Source: an uncultured Acetatifactor sp. (GTDB lineage: Bacteria; Bacillota; Clostridia; Lachnospirales; Lachnospiraceae). Taken from it: a stretch of DNA of 64,000 bases. A model generated the notes under the pieces. That model was not told where the DNA came from. It did no database searches and saw only the letters and a list, made by a program, of their open reading frames with translations. This document shows, in pieces, positions 45,357-55,225 of the stretch. The translations under genes were made by a program, and so were the position numbers. The DNA is taken from positions 7,194 through 71,193 of the forward strand of contig CAJTSY010000007.1 in the NCBI GenBank assembly GCA_910578995.1, given 5' to 3'. Positions within the stretch are counted from its first letter, which is position 1. Each line of letters starts with the position of its first letter.

Positions 45357-46433
45357 TTAAGGCTGGGTTTCCGGGACGGGGGTCTCCTCCGGAAGGGATG
45401 GGGGAGCCGCTGTTTCACCGCTGTTTTCCGCGGAGGCGCCGTCACTGCCTCCGGTGAAGGAATCCAGGGGATAGATGGTCTGCATGTTGCCCCCGGATCC
45501 CTCTATGACCACCTTCAGGCCTGGCAGCACATTTTCCATTGCTTCGTAAAACATTCTCTGCTTGGTGATCACCGGATTTTTGATATATTCCGCATACATG
45601 GCGCTAAAGCGGGCCACCTGGGCGGTCGCCTCGTTGATCCGCTCCATCTTCCGGGCTTCCGCGTCCTTGATGATGCCGTCCGCCTGGGCCTGGGCGGAGG
45701 GGAGCTGTTCATTGCGGTATTTGTTGGCGTTGTTCAGCGCCGTCTCCTTGCCCTGCTTTGCCGATTCCACGGCCTTGAAGGCTTCCATGACTTCCACAGT
45801 GGGAGGCTCGGAATCCTGGATGGTGATATTTACCAGCTGGATGCCGATGTCCTGCTCTGCCAGGCGGTTCAGGATCATTTCCCGGATGGAGGACTGGATT
45901 TCATTTTTTCCTGTGGTCAGCACATCGTCCACGGGATAGCTGCCGATTACGGTACGGATACAGCTCTGGCTGATGTTCTTCAGGATGTTCAGGGGATCCC
46001 TGGAAGCGAACATGGCCTTTACCGGATCGCTGTAACGGTATTCCACATAGAAATCAACGTCTATAAAATTAAAGTCGGAAGTGATCATCAGGGATTCCTC
46101 TTCGTTTAGCTCATTGCTCTCCGTGTCATAGCCGATGGAAAATCCCTGGATGGTGGTATTCACCTTCCTGACCTGCTGGATAAAGGGTATTTTGAAATGA
46201 AGTCCCGGATCCGTCACCGCCTGGGCCTTTCCTAACGTGATCAGCACCGCCTGCTCCTGCTCCTTGATCTCATAGGCGGAATTCAGCCCCAGGATAGCGA
46301 TTATAACGGCCAGCACCGCTATCGCCCCGATTTTGCCCGCGGGACCTTTTTTGGACGGGCCGCCCTTTTTTTCCCGGCTGCCGTCCACTGTCTCAAAACC
46401 ATTTACAAAATTGCGAAAAGAACCGCTTCCCAT
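45357..46433 (-). CDS. hflK: FtsH protease activity modulator HflK (SPFH/band 7)
   Basis: ATG 46433 lies 7 nt after GGAGG; the GTG at 46439 is too close to the RBS. TM helix plus SPFH domain. Confidence 0.9.
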   Translation of the reverse strand: MGSGSFRNFVNGFETVDGSREKKGGPSKKGPAGKIGAIAVLAVIIAILGLNSAYEIKEQEQAVLITLGKAQAVTDPGLHFKIPFIQQVRKVNTTIQGFSIGYDTESNELNEEESLMITSDFNFIDVDFYVEYRYSDPVKAMFASRDPLNILKNISQSCIRTVIGSYPVDDVLTTGKNEIQSSIREMILNRLAEQDIGIQLVNITIQDSEPPTVEVMEAFKAVESAKQGKETALNNANKYRNEQLPSAQAQADGIIKDAEARKMERINEATAQVARFSAMYAEYIKNPVITKQRMFYEAMENVLPGLKVVIEGSGGNMQTIYPLDSFTGGSDGASAENSGETAAPPSLPEETPVPETQP

Positions 46434-46737
46434 ATACACACCTCCTGCATTCTTTTTCCCATTGTTTTCAGGTTGAGAATATCATACTCTCATTCCCGGG
46501 AAAAGGCAACAAATATTATCGCACTATATGCGGAGGTAACGTGCTTGCGGAAACCTTCGAAGCATATGCCTTTAAGTTTATTGAAAAATAAGGTTATTTT
46601 TTGCAGTAAGTATGATATAATGACTTTGTTTCATGCAGGTGTCCCGGGGAGGCTTTTTTGGCAGAAAGCAGTGTATCCTTTATGAAAATGGGGCAGACTG
46701 TAGAGACAGCGTAAATTATTTCAGGAGGAGACTTATT

Positions 46738-47457
46738 ATGAAAAAAATGTTTTTGTACCTGTGCGTCGGGGCTGCGGTTCTGAGTCTGTCGGCATGCGGC
46801 AAGGCAGGCCGGGAGGAGGGAAGCTCCCAGGAGCAGGGCAGTGAATCGGGCAGCCAGGAGCAGCCGGGCGCCGGGGATGAGAGCACCCAGGAGGGTACCG
46901 GGGATGACAGCCAGGAGGGTATCGGGGATGACGGCCAGTCGGGAGCCGGGGACGGCAGTCTGGAGGACGGACAGGTTCCGGAGACCCCCGAGGGCTGGAG
47001 CGAGGAAATGCAGGGGATGAGGGATGCGGTTGTAGAAGCGCTGGGTCAGGAGAATTACTGGCCGGACATGCCTGTTGATGCCCAGATGCTGGAGATGTTT
47101 TACGGGATTACATCCGATATGTACGAGGACTATATGGCCGAGACGCCCATGATCAGCGCAAATGTGGATGCCCTGGTGATCATCCGGGCAGCTGATGACA
47201 AGGCGGACGGGGTGGAGGAAGCCCTGAAGGCCTACCGGGAGGCAAATGTGAACGATACCATGCAGTATCCCCAGAATGTGGGCAAGATCCAGGCGTCCCA
47301 GGTGGAACGGATAGGCTCTTATGTTGTCTTCGTACAGCTGGGGGGATTTGCCATTGAGGCAGAATCGGAGGAAGAGGTGATTGCCCAGTGCCAGGAGGCC
47401 AACAGTCTGGCCCTGGATACGATTCGCGAAAAAATTGAAGGTTCTGCGGGAAACTGA
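46738..47457 (+). CDS. DUF4358-like lipoprotein
   Basis: AGGAGG RBS. Lipobox LSLSAC|G. Acidic linker, then LGQENYWPDM...MFYGITSDMYEDY...PMISANVDALVIIRA. Confidence 0.75.
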   Translation: MKKMFLYLCVGAAVLSLSACGKAGREEGSSQEQGSESGSQEQPGAGDESTQEGTGDDSQEGIGDDGQSGAGDGSLEDGQVPETPEGWSEEMQGMRDAVVEALGQENYWPDMPVDAQMLEMFYGITSDMYEDYMAETPMISANVDALVIIRAADDKADGVEEALKAYREANVNDTMQYPQNVGKIQASQVERIGSYVVFVQLGGFAIEAESEEEVIAQCQEANSLALDTIREKIEGSAGN

Positions 47458-47511
47458 CGGGGCCGAAAGCAGCGGCGCCCAAAGGCGTTCCCTGCAAAGG
47501 AGAGAAATGAG

Positions 47512-48924
47512 ATGGTATTCAGCAGCGTAGTATTTCTGTTCCGCTTCTTGCCTTTGTTTTTTATCCTGTATTATTTGATTCCCGGGAGGATGAAGAATGT
47601 TATCCTCTTTTTGGGGAGCCTTCTTTTCTATGCATGGGGGGAGCCGGTGTATGTGCTGCTGATGCTGTTTTCCACAGTGGCGGACTATGTTCACGGACGG
47701 CTGTTGGAGCGGTTCAGGGGCAGGGGGGCGGCAAGGGTGATCCTGCTGTCCTCGGTGCTGATCAACCTGTCCCTGCTGTGCTTTTTCAAGTACGGGGACT
47801 TCCTGGTTGGGACGGTGAACGGGATGTTTGGCACGAATCTGGCGCCCCTCAACCTGCCCCTTCCCATCGGCATCTCCTTCTACACCTTTCAGACCATGTC
47901 CTACACCATCGACGTGTACCGGGGGGAGGCGGGGGTACAGAGGAACCTGTTGGACTTCGGGGTGTATGTGGCCATGTTTCCACAGCTGATCGCAGGACCT
48001 ATTGTGAAATACCGGGATGTGGAGAGCAGGCTTCATAACCGGCCGGTGGACCTGGTCTCGGTGAGCGGCGGCATGAAGCGCTTCTGCACAGGCCTGGCGA
48101 AGAAGGTTCTCCTGGCGAACCAGCTGGGGGAACTGTGGGTGCTTGTGTCGGAAAGGAACCTGGGGGAGATAAGCGTCCTCACTGCATGGATCGGAATCGC
48201 AGCCTTTGGGTTCCAGATCTACTTTGACTTCTCCGGCTATTCCGATATGGCCATCGGCCTGGGGGAAATGCTGGGATTCCGGTTTCCGGAGAACTTTCAC
48301 TACCCTTACATTTCCCGGTCGGTTACGGAGTTCTGGCGCAGATGGCATATTTCCCTTGGGAGCTGGTTTCGGGAATACGTCTATATTCCCCTGGGGGGTA
48401 ACCGGAAGGGCATCTGCAGGCAGCTGCTCAACATTTTTGCCGTGTGGATGCTCACGGGCATCTGGCATGGGGCCGGATGGAATTTTCTGTTCTGGGGACT
48501 GTGGTTCGCCCTTGCGCTGATGCTTGAAAAACTGTTTCTGGGAAAAGTCCTGTCCTGGCTTCCGGGGGGCGTGGGCGTTGTCTACACTCTGCTGGTGGTA
48601 TTTGTGGGATGGGTGCTGTTCGCCCTGGAGGCGCCGGGCAGAATCTGGGGATATCTGATGGTCATGGCGGGGATGGGCAGAAATCTGGTGGACGGGGAAG
48701 CTTTGTACCTGTGCGGGCAGTATGCGGTTCTGTTTGGAATCGCCCTGCTGGCTTCCACGCCCCTTGCTGCCGGGGTGGCAGGGAGGCTGCGCAGATCCCG
48801 GACTGGCTGGGCCATTGCGCTGTACCGTTTCGGGGAGAAGGTGATTCCGGCGGCGCTGCTGATTCTGGCCGTGGCGGGAATCGTGGATGCCTCTTACAAT
48901 CCGTTCCTGTATTTCCGCTTTTAG
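47512..48924 (+). CDS. MBOAT-family O-acyltransferase (AlgI/DltB-like)
   Basis: Polytopic membrane protein. ISFYTFQ and the catalytic His context FWRRWHISLGSWFREYVYIPLGG. Confidence 0.9.
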   Translation: MVFSSVVFLFRFLPLFFILYYLIPGRMKNVILFLGSLLFYAWGEPVYVLLMLFSTVADYVHGRLLERFRGRGAARVILLSSVLINLSLLCFFKYGDFLVGTVNGMFGTNLAPLNLPLPIGISFYTFQTMSYTIDVYRGEAGVQRNLLDFGVYVAMFPQLIAGPIVKYRDVESRLHNRPVDLVSVSGGMKRFCTGLAKKVLLANQLGELWVLVSERNLGEISVLTAWIGIAAFGFQIYFDFSGYSDMAIGLGEMLGFRFPENFHYPYISRSVTEFWRRWHISLGSWFREYVYIPLGGNRKGICRQLLNIFAVWMLTGIWHGAGWNFLFWGLWFALALMLEKLFLGKVLSWLPGGVGVVYTLLVVFVGWVLFALEAPGRIWGYLMVMAGMGRNLVDGEALYLCGQYAVLFGIALLASTPLAAGVAGRLRRSRTGWAIALYRFGEKVIPAALLILAVAGIVDASYNPFLYFRF

Positions 48925-48941
48925 GCCGGGGGAGTTTATAT

Positions 48942-50063
48942 ATGAACGAAAAGAGAAGCGCTTTTTACACAGTGCTGTTACTGTCAGCCATTATACTTGT
49001 CTTTACTTTTGCGGACCTGATCCGGGGAGACCGCGTTTTTTCCGACATGGAAAATAAGGTCCTGGCCCGGAAACCGGATTTCTCATGGGAATCGCTGATG
49101 GAGGGAAGCTATACCGGAAAATACGAAACCTATCTCACGGAGCAGTTTGTGGGTCGGGATAAGTGGATTGCCGTCAAAACGTATATGGATATAGTCCTGC
49201 AGAAAAAGGAGATTAACGGGGTATACCTGGGGGCGGGGGATTATCTTATCGAACAGCATCTGCCGGAAGCGTATTCTTCCGTACAGGAGACCAAAAAACT
49301 GGTCATGCTGGACAGGCTGGTGAGGGAATGGGATGCGCGGGTGATGATGGTGCCCACCGCCGATACCATTCTCAGTGATAAGATGCCTTTTCACGCTCCT
49401 TACTATGACCAGGAGGCCTTTCTGGAGCGGGTCCGGCAGCAGATCGGCGAGGAACACTACATCGACGTGTACTCTGTACTGAGCCGGCACAGGGAGGAAG
49501 AAATCTATTACCGTACGGACCACCACTGGACTACACTGGGGGCGTACTACGGCTATCTTGCCTGGATGGGGGCTGTTGGGGAGACGGGGGAGTATTATGA
49601 TGCCGCCTCCATGGAGACGGTGGCGGAGGATTTCCTTGGAACGCTGCACTCCAAGGTGAATTTCAATACAAAGGCGGACGTCATCCGTTATTTTCCGGAG
49701 ACTGCCCGGTGGCCTGTGACGGTGACCTACGACCTGAGGGATACCAGGGATACCTGTTATGAGGAATCTTATCTGGAGACGAAGAACAAATACGGTTTTT
49801 TCCTGGATGATAATCACGGGTTCGTAGACATCCAGACGGAGTGCCGGAATGGAAAAACCCTGTTTGTGATTAAGGATTCCTATGCAAACTGCTTTATTCC
49901 GCTGCTGATTCCGCATTATGAGCGGATCGGCGTGATGGACCTGCGGTATTTTAACGGGAGATTATTCCGTTTTATGGAGGAATACAGGCCGGAGGATGGC
50001 ATGGATGTGCTGGTGATGTACAACTGCATCCATTTTCTGGAGGATTTCGCCTATCTGGAGTGA
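48942..50063 (+). CDS. DHHW-motif protein (AlgJ/AlgX-like SGNH partner of MBOAT)
   Basis: GGGGGAG RBS. N-terminal TM. Literal motif YYRTDHHWTTLGAYYGY. Confidence 0.85.
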   Translation: MNEKRSAFYTVLLLSAIILVFTFADLIRGDRVFSDMENKVLARKPDFSWESLMEGSYTGKYETYLTEQFVGRDKWIAVKTYMDIVLQKKEINGVYLGAGDYLIEQHLPEAYSSVQETKKLVMLDRLVREWDARVMMVPTADTILSDKMPFHAPYYDQEAFLERVRQQIGEEHYIDVYSVLSRHREEEIYYRTDHHWTTLGAYYGYLAWMGAVGETGEYYDAASMETVAEDFLGTLHSKVNFNTKADVIRYFPETARWPVTVTYDLRDTRDTCYEESYLETKNKYGFFLDDNHGFVDIQTECRNGKTLFVIKDSYANCFIPLLIPHYERIGVMDLRYFNGRLFRFMEEYRPEDGMDVLVMYNCIHFLEDFAYLE

Positions 50064-50096
50064 GGATACTTATATAAAAGGGACAGGAGAGATAAA

Positions 50097-50756
50097 ATGC
50101 AGGCAGTGGTTTTTGATATGGACGGCGTTCTTTTTGACACGGAAGTTGTGTGCATGAAAGCGTGGATGGCAGTGGCGGAGAAAAACGGACTGCCGGATAT
50201 GGAGACGGTTTTTCCCAGGTGCATCGGCCTGAATTCCAATGACAGCAGGCAGATTGTGAGGGAGGCCTACGGGGAAGGGTTCGACTATCCTGCCTTCCGG
50301 CAGGAGGCGGCGGTCTGGCTCCAGGAATACCTGCGGCGAAACGGGCTTCCCATAAAGCCGGGGGTCCGGGAAATCCTGGAGTGGCTTAAGGGTTCCGGGT
50401 ACATAGTGGGGCTGGCGTCCTCCACCAGGAGTTCCTCTGTTTTCACCTATCTGGACCGGGCCGGGATGCGGGAGTATTTTCAGACAGTGGTGACAGGGGA
50501 CATGGTGGAGCATTCCAAGCCCCGTCCTGATATTTACCTGATGGCCTGCGGCAGGCTTGGGGTGGAACCGGGACAGGCTTATGCAATTGAGGATTCTCCC
50601 AACGGAATCCGCTCCGCCCACGCTGCGGGAATGCGGCCAATTATGGTGCCGGACATGATAGCGCCGGATGAGGAAATGCGGCGGCTGAGCGTAATCATAC
50701 GAAAGGACCTGAGGGAGGTACTTTGCTATCTGCAGCAGGGGAAGGGAAATGCGTAA
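50097..50756 (+). CDS. HAD-superfamily hydrolase (beta-phosphoglucomutase/phosphatase-like)
   Basis: VVFDMDGVLFDTE...ASST...AIEDSPNGIRSAHAAGM. Confidence 0.85.
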   Translation: MQAVVFDMDGVLFDTEVVCMKAWMAVAEKNGLPDMETVFPRCIGLNSNDSRQIVREAYGEGFDYPAFRQEAAVWLQEYLRRNGLPIKPGVREILEWLKGSGYIVGLASSTRSSSVFTYLDRAGMREYFQTVVTGDMVEHSKPRPDIYLMACGRLGVEPGQAYAIEDSPNGIRSAHAAGMRPIMVPDMIAPDEEMRRLSVIIRKDLREVLCYLQQGKGNA

Positions 50757-51608
50757 ATGGCGAATCTGGGAATTCCGCAGAATACCATAGAGATTCTGCG
50801 CAGACACCATGTGGTGATCCAGAAAAAGTACGGGCAGAATTTTCTCATTGACACAAGAGTGCTGGACCGGATCATTCAGGCTGCCGGTATCACGCGGGAG
50901 GACTGTGTCCTGGAGATTGGCCCCGGACTGGGCACCATGACCCAGTACCTGGCGGAGCGCGCCGGGGAAGTGGTGGCGGTGGAGATAGACAGGAATCTGA
51001 TTCCCATTCTGGAGGAGACCCTTGCACCGTACGACAATGTCACGGTTATCAACCAGGACATCCTGAAGATGGACATAAGGGGCCTGGCGGAGGAAAGGGG
51101 AGGCAGGCCCCTTAAAGTGGTGGCAAACCTGCCCTACTATATTACCACTCCCATTATTATGGGATTATTCGAAAAAAACGTGCCCCTGGAGAGTATTACC
51201 GTCATGGTGCAGAGGGAAGTGGCGGACCGGATGCAGGCGGGTCCCGGAACCGGGGATTACGGAGCTCTCTCCCTTGCGGTACAGTATTATGCGAAGCCGG
51301 AGATTGTTGCAAATGTGCCGCCAAACTGTTTTATACCCAGGCCCGGCGTGGGAAGCGCCGTGGTGCGTCTGACCAGATATCACACCCCGCCGGTGCAGGC
51401 GGAGGATGAGGAAAAACTGTTCTCCCTGATCAGGGCGGCTTTTAACCAGCGCCGCAAAACCCTTGCCAACAGCCTGGGGAACGCGCCGGAGCTGGGAATT
51501 TCCAGGGAGAGGACAAGGCAGGCGCTGGAAAAGATGGGGCTGCCCGCCACCGTCAGGGGGGAGGCGCTTAACCTGGAACAGTTTGCCGAGCTGAGCCGTC
51601 TGCTTTGA
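50757..51608 (+). CDS. rsmA: 16S rRNA (adenine1518/1519-N6)-dimethyltransferase
   Basis: KKYGQNFLID...EIGPGLGTMT...NLPYYITTPI. Confidence 0.95.
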   Translation: MANLGIPQNTIEILRRHHVVIQKKYGQNFLIDTRVLDRIIQAAGITREDCVLEIGPGLGTMTQYLAERAGEVVAVEIDRNLIPILEETLAPYDNVTVINQDILKMDIRGLAEERGGRPLKVVANLPYYITTPIIMGLFEKNVPLESITVMVQREVADRMQAGPGTGDYGALSLAVQYYAKPEIVANVPPNCFIPRPGVGSAVVRLTRYHTPPVQAEDEEKLFSLIRAAFNQRRKTLANSLGNAPELGISRERTRQALEKMGLPATVRGEALNLEQFAELSRLL

Positions 51609-51665
51609 CATCGTTTTTTCTGCGTATTTGGCATGCAGTCTGGAACGATTATTCGCAATTTCTTT

Positions 51666-51695
51666 TTGACATATGCAAGACTGTTATGTTACACT
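51666..51695 (+). promoter_or_regulatory. Putative promoter (TTGACA-N18-TACACT, TG-extended) for the TPR/acidic-repeat gene
   Basis: Read directly in the sequence. Confidence 0.45.
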
Positions 51696-51767
51696 AGCAA
51701 GTAAGACTGGGCGCTGTATGCGAGACGGATTTCCGGTTGTTTTTACCAGAAGAGGGAGCGGATTACG

Positions 51768-54700
51768 TTGGATAAATATGAATATAAAGTAAGGGCGGAT
51801 GAAATAAAATCGCTGATAGCAGAAGGAGAGTACGGCCAGGCTGCGGATATCGCGGATATGATCGACTGGCGGCGGGTAAAAAGCGTCATGATGCTTTGCA
51901 TGGTCAGTGATCTGTATAAGGTGAACAGGCGCTATGAAGATGCAAAGAATATGCTGAAGCTGGCCTATGAGAGAAAACCGGGAGGCAGAACCATCTGCTA
52001 TTCGCTCTGCGAGCTGTGCATTAAGACGGAAGAATTTGTGCAGGCAGTGAACTATTATAATGAGTTTGTAAAAGCAGCCCCCAAGGACTCCGGGCGCTAC
52101 ATTCTGCAGTATAAGCTCTATGAGGCGCAGAACGTGAACCTGGAAGAACGTATTGGGGTTTTGGAAGAACTTAAAAAACGGGATTACAGGGAGAAGTGGG
52201 CCTATGAACTGGCTTACCTCTATCACAGGGTGGGGCTTGCAACCCGCTGTGTGGAGGAATGTGACGAACTGATCCTGTGGTTCGGGGACGGTAAGTATGT
52301 GGTGAAGGCCATGGAGCTGAAGATGCTCCACCAGCCCCTGACACCGTCACAGCAGGATGTGTATGACCACCGTTTTGACGAATATGTACAGGAAGAATCA
52401 TATTCGGAGGATGCCGAGGCGCAGGAATATGAGCAGCAGGAGGTTTATTCTGATTCCGGTGAGGAGGCGCTTCCTTATGAGGGGTATGGCAATTATGAAT
52501 CGGGATATGCAGAGGAACAGGGGGAAGCCCCTGATCTCCCGGAGGAGCTGGACATCCAGGTGAAGACCATGGATGTGGGAAAGTACAATACCATTAACCT
52601 CCAGAAAGAGCTTGCCGCAGGGCTCCAGGAAGTGCTGGGGGCAAATGGAGATCCCGGCAGTCCCGAAGAGAATATGGCCGGATACGGCGGGGAGGAGCCG
52701 GCAGGCGCGATTCCGGGGGAAATGGAAGAAACCGAGGAAACGGAGGTATTCTTCGGGGAGACCGGGGAGATGGCAGGAACGGAACTGGAATCCCTGGCGG
52801 ACCGGGAAGATGTCTCCTCGCTGGTCATGCGGCAGATGCAGGAAGAGACGGAAGCAGGGAACAGGCCGACGGACGTTGCTGTAGAGCGGGAGCCGGTGCA
52901 GGAGGCGGAAGCAGGGAACAGGCCGGCATACGGTGCAGCAGAGCGGGAGCCGGTGCAGGAGGCGGAAGCAGGGAACAGGCCGGCATATGATGCTGTAGAA
53001 CGAGGGCCGGCAGCTGTGGAGAACATGTCGACATCCGGCGATCTGGCAGAGGTGCTTTCCCAGGAGACGGATGGACAGATCAGAATGATCCTGCCGGAAA
53101 AAACGGTTGTGGAACGGCAGATTACAGGCCAGATGAAAATAGAAGATATTTTGGCGGAATGGGAGCGGACGAAAAAAGATAACGAAGAAAAGTGCAGGGA
53201 GGAAGTACGCAGGCATGTGCTGCGGCAGACCGGCCCTATGTTTACAGAGTTTGAGGCTTCTGTCCGTGACGGGCTTCTTGCCCAGCTGGAGGAAGCCCCT
53301 GGGGAAAAGCCGGCAGGCAGGGAGGCGGAAGGTAAAGCCTCGGCCGCTGCAGGCTCGACGGAAGCGGGGACAGGGCAACAGCGGCGGGCGCAGGGACGTC
53401 CGGATTATATAGAAAAACCGGGGGATGGGGAGGAGTACTGTACAGAATCCGCAGAGGAACAGCCCTCCCTGAACTATGGGGAAGAAAGTTATGCAGAAGG
53501 GGCTTATGTGAAAGAGCCTGATGGTACGGAATTCCAGGGTTACGTGGAAGAGGCTTATACAGAAGAGTCCTGTGCGGAATCCGCGGAGAGTGGGGAATAC
53601 CAGAATTATGAGGAAGAAGGGACTTATATAGGGGAGTACGAGGATGCGGAACTCCAGGGTTATGCGGAGGACGCTTATGTGGAAGGGACTAATGTGGAAG
53701 AGGCGAAGAACCGGGAATTCCAGGATTATGGGGAAGACGTTTATGCAGAAGGGGCTTATGCGGAAGAGCCTGATGGTACGGAATTCCAGGGTTACGTGGA
53801 GGAGGCTTATACAGAAGAGTCCTGTGTGGAATCCGCGGAGAGTGGGGAATACCTGAATTATGAGGAAGAAGGGGCTTATATAGGGGAGTTTGAGGATACG
53901 GAATTCCAGGATTATGGGGAAGACGTTTATGCAGAAGGGACTTATGTGGAAGAGCCTGAGGATACGGAATTCCAGGATTATGGGGAAGACGTTTATGCAG
54001 AAGGGACTTATGTGGAAGAGCCTGAGGATGCGGAGTTTCAGGGCTATGTGGAGGACGCTTACATAGAAGGAACCAATGCAGAAGAGTCCAGTGGGGAAGA
54101 GCCGGCCTATGAGGAAGCTGCTGGTTATGCAGAAGAGTTGGAAGACCTGAAAGATGTGGAATTTATGGAGGCCGATCATGCGGAATGGGCTGAAGAACAG
54201 GAAGAACTGGATTACAATGATCCCCCGGAACTGACAGAAGGCGGGGATGAATCGGAGGAAGACAGGGCCGGGGAGCCGGAGGAGGAAGAACAGGAAGCTC
54301 CCCGGACGGAGGCGTCAGACTATCTGGAGGTACTGGAACAGGTGGAGGAGCTTCAGGATCAGGAAGGGAAGACAGCTCGGGAAGGCGGTAAAAAGCAGAA
54401 AACATCCTCCAAATCTTCCGATGGAACCGGAAGAGATTCTCTGGAACGGGAAAAAGCCAAAGTTCGCGATCTTACCCGGGAGGAAAAGGAACTGTTTGCC
54501 CCTTTCATTCAGAACCGGCAGTCCAGGGAACAGCTTGTGAAGGCAATCGACGGCATTAGTATGGCGGCTTATACCGGAAATATAGTCATTACCGGTGAAG
54601 AGGGAATGGATACCATGACACTTGCGAAGAACATGATTCGCGAGGTGAGGATGACGGACAGTAATTTCTCCGGAAAGGTGGCCAGGATTACCGGGGAGGG

Positions 54701-55211
54701 ATTGAGCCGGAAGAATGTAAGGGAGACACTGGAAGGCCTGAACAACGGGGCGCTGATTATCCAGAAGGCCTCGGGAATGGACAGCAATACCGCATCTATG
54801 CTTCATATGGCGCTGCAGCAGGAGAAATTTGGAATCATCGTTATTATAGAGGACACAAAGAAGGCCATTCAGAAACTGTTTTTGGGAGTACCCCAGTTGT
54901 TTGGCGACTTTACGTCCCGCATGGATCTGGAGGCCCTGAGCAACGACACGCTGGTGTCCTTTGGCAGAAGGTATGCGCGGGAAAAAGAGTATTCCATAGA
55001 TGATCTCGGAATGCTCGCGCTGCACACCAGAATCGAGGAGTGCCAGACCATTGACCATGTGGTGACTGTGCTTGAGGTAAAGCAGATTATAGATGAGGCC
55101 ATACGTCATGCCAACAGAAAGACCCTTGGGCATTTCTTTGATATTCTTCTGGCGAGACGGTACGACGATGAAGACATGATTATATTGACTGAAAAGGATT
55201 TTGTAGCATGA
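51768..55211 (+). CDS. Large TPR-containing protein with a roughly 600-aa acidic Tyr/Glu repeat region and a C-terminal degenerate SpoVK/CbbX-like AAA domain
   Basis: TTG start with a GGGAG RBS. N-terminal TPR-like helices. C-terminal NIVITGEEGMDTMTLAKNM...GALIIQKASGM...IIVIIEDT...SRMDLEALSNDTL aligns by eye to SpoVK-type AAA domains, but the Walker A Lys and Walker B Asp-Glu are replaced. Confidence 0.8.
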   Translation: MDKYEYKVRADEIKSLIAEGEYGQAADIADMIDWRRVKSVMMLCMVSDLYKVNRRYEDAKNMLKLAYERKPGGRTICYSLCELCIKTEEFVQAVNYYNEFVKAAPKDSGRYILQYKLYEAQNVNLEERIGVLEELKKRDYREKWAYELAYLYHRVGLATRCVEECDELILWFGDGKYVVKAMELKMLHQPLTPSQQDVYDHRFDEYVQEESYSEDAEAQEYEQQEVYSDSGEEALPYEGYGNYESGYAEEQGEAPDLPEELDIQVKTMDVGKYNTINLQKELAAGLQEVLGANGDPGSPEENMAGYGGEEPAGAIPGEMEETEETEVFFGETGEMAGTELESLADREDVSSLVMRQMQEETEAGNRPTDVAVEREPVQEAEAGNRPAYGAAEREPVQEAEAGNRPAYDAVERGPAAVENMSTSGDLAEVLSQETDGQIRMILPEKTVVERQITGQMKIEDILAEWERTKKDNEEKCREEVRRHVLRQTGPMFTEFEASVRDGLLAQLEEAPGEKPAGREAEGKASAAAGSTEAGTGQQRRAQGRPDYIEKPGDGEEYCTESAEEQPSLNYGEESYAEGAYVKEPDGTEFQGYVEEAYTEESCAESAESGEYQNYEEEGTYIGEYEDAELQGYAEDAYVEGTNVEEAKNREFQDYGEDVYAEGAYAEEPDGTEFQGYVEEAYTEESCVESAESGEYLNYEEEGAYIGEFEDTEFQDYGEDVYAEGTYVEEPEDTEFQDYGEDVYAEGTYVEEPEDAEFQGYVEDAYIEGTNAEESSGEEPAYEEAAGYAEELEDLKDVEFMEADHAEWAEEQEELDYNDPPELTEGGDESEEDRAGEPEEEEQEAPRTEASDYLEVLEQVEELQDQEGKTAREGGKKQKTSSKSSDGTGRDSLEREKAKVRDLTREEKELFAPFIQNRQSREQLVKAIDGISMAAYTGNIVITGEEGMDTMTLAKNMIREVRMTDSNFSGKVARITGEGLSRKNVRETLEGLNNGALIIQKASGMDSNTASMLHMALQQEKFGIIVIIEDTKKAIQKLFLGVPQLFGDFTSRMDLEALSNDTLVSFGRRYAREKEYSIDDLGMLALHTRIEECQTIDHVVTVLEVKQIIDEAIRHANRKTLGHFFDILLARRYDDEDMIILTEKDFVA
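52851..53010 (+). repeat. About 2.8 tandem copies of a 57-bp in-frame repeat (EAGNRP..A.ERE/GP.QEA)
   Basis: Units start at 52851, 52908 and 52965. Confidence 0.8.
53490..54075 (+). repeat. Nested in-frame tandem repeats: two copies of about 252 bp (53490, 53742) plus 63-bp sub-repeats (from about 53892)
   Basis: Long near-identical DNA runs, for example gcagaaggggcttatg...gatggtacggaattccagggttacgtgga.gaggcttatacagaagagtcctgtg.ggaatccgcggagagtggggaatacc. Confidence 0.85.
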
Positions 55212-55225
55212 AAGGTGGGAAAGAA

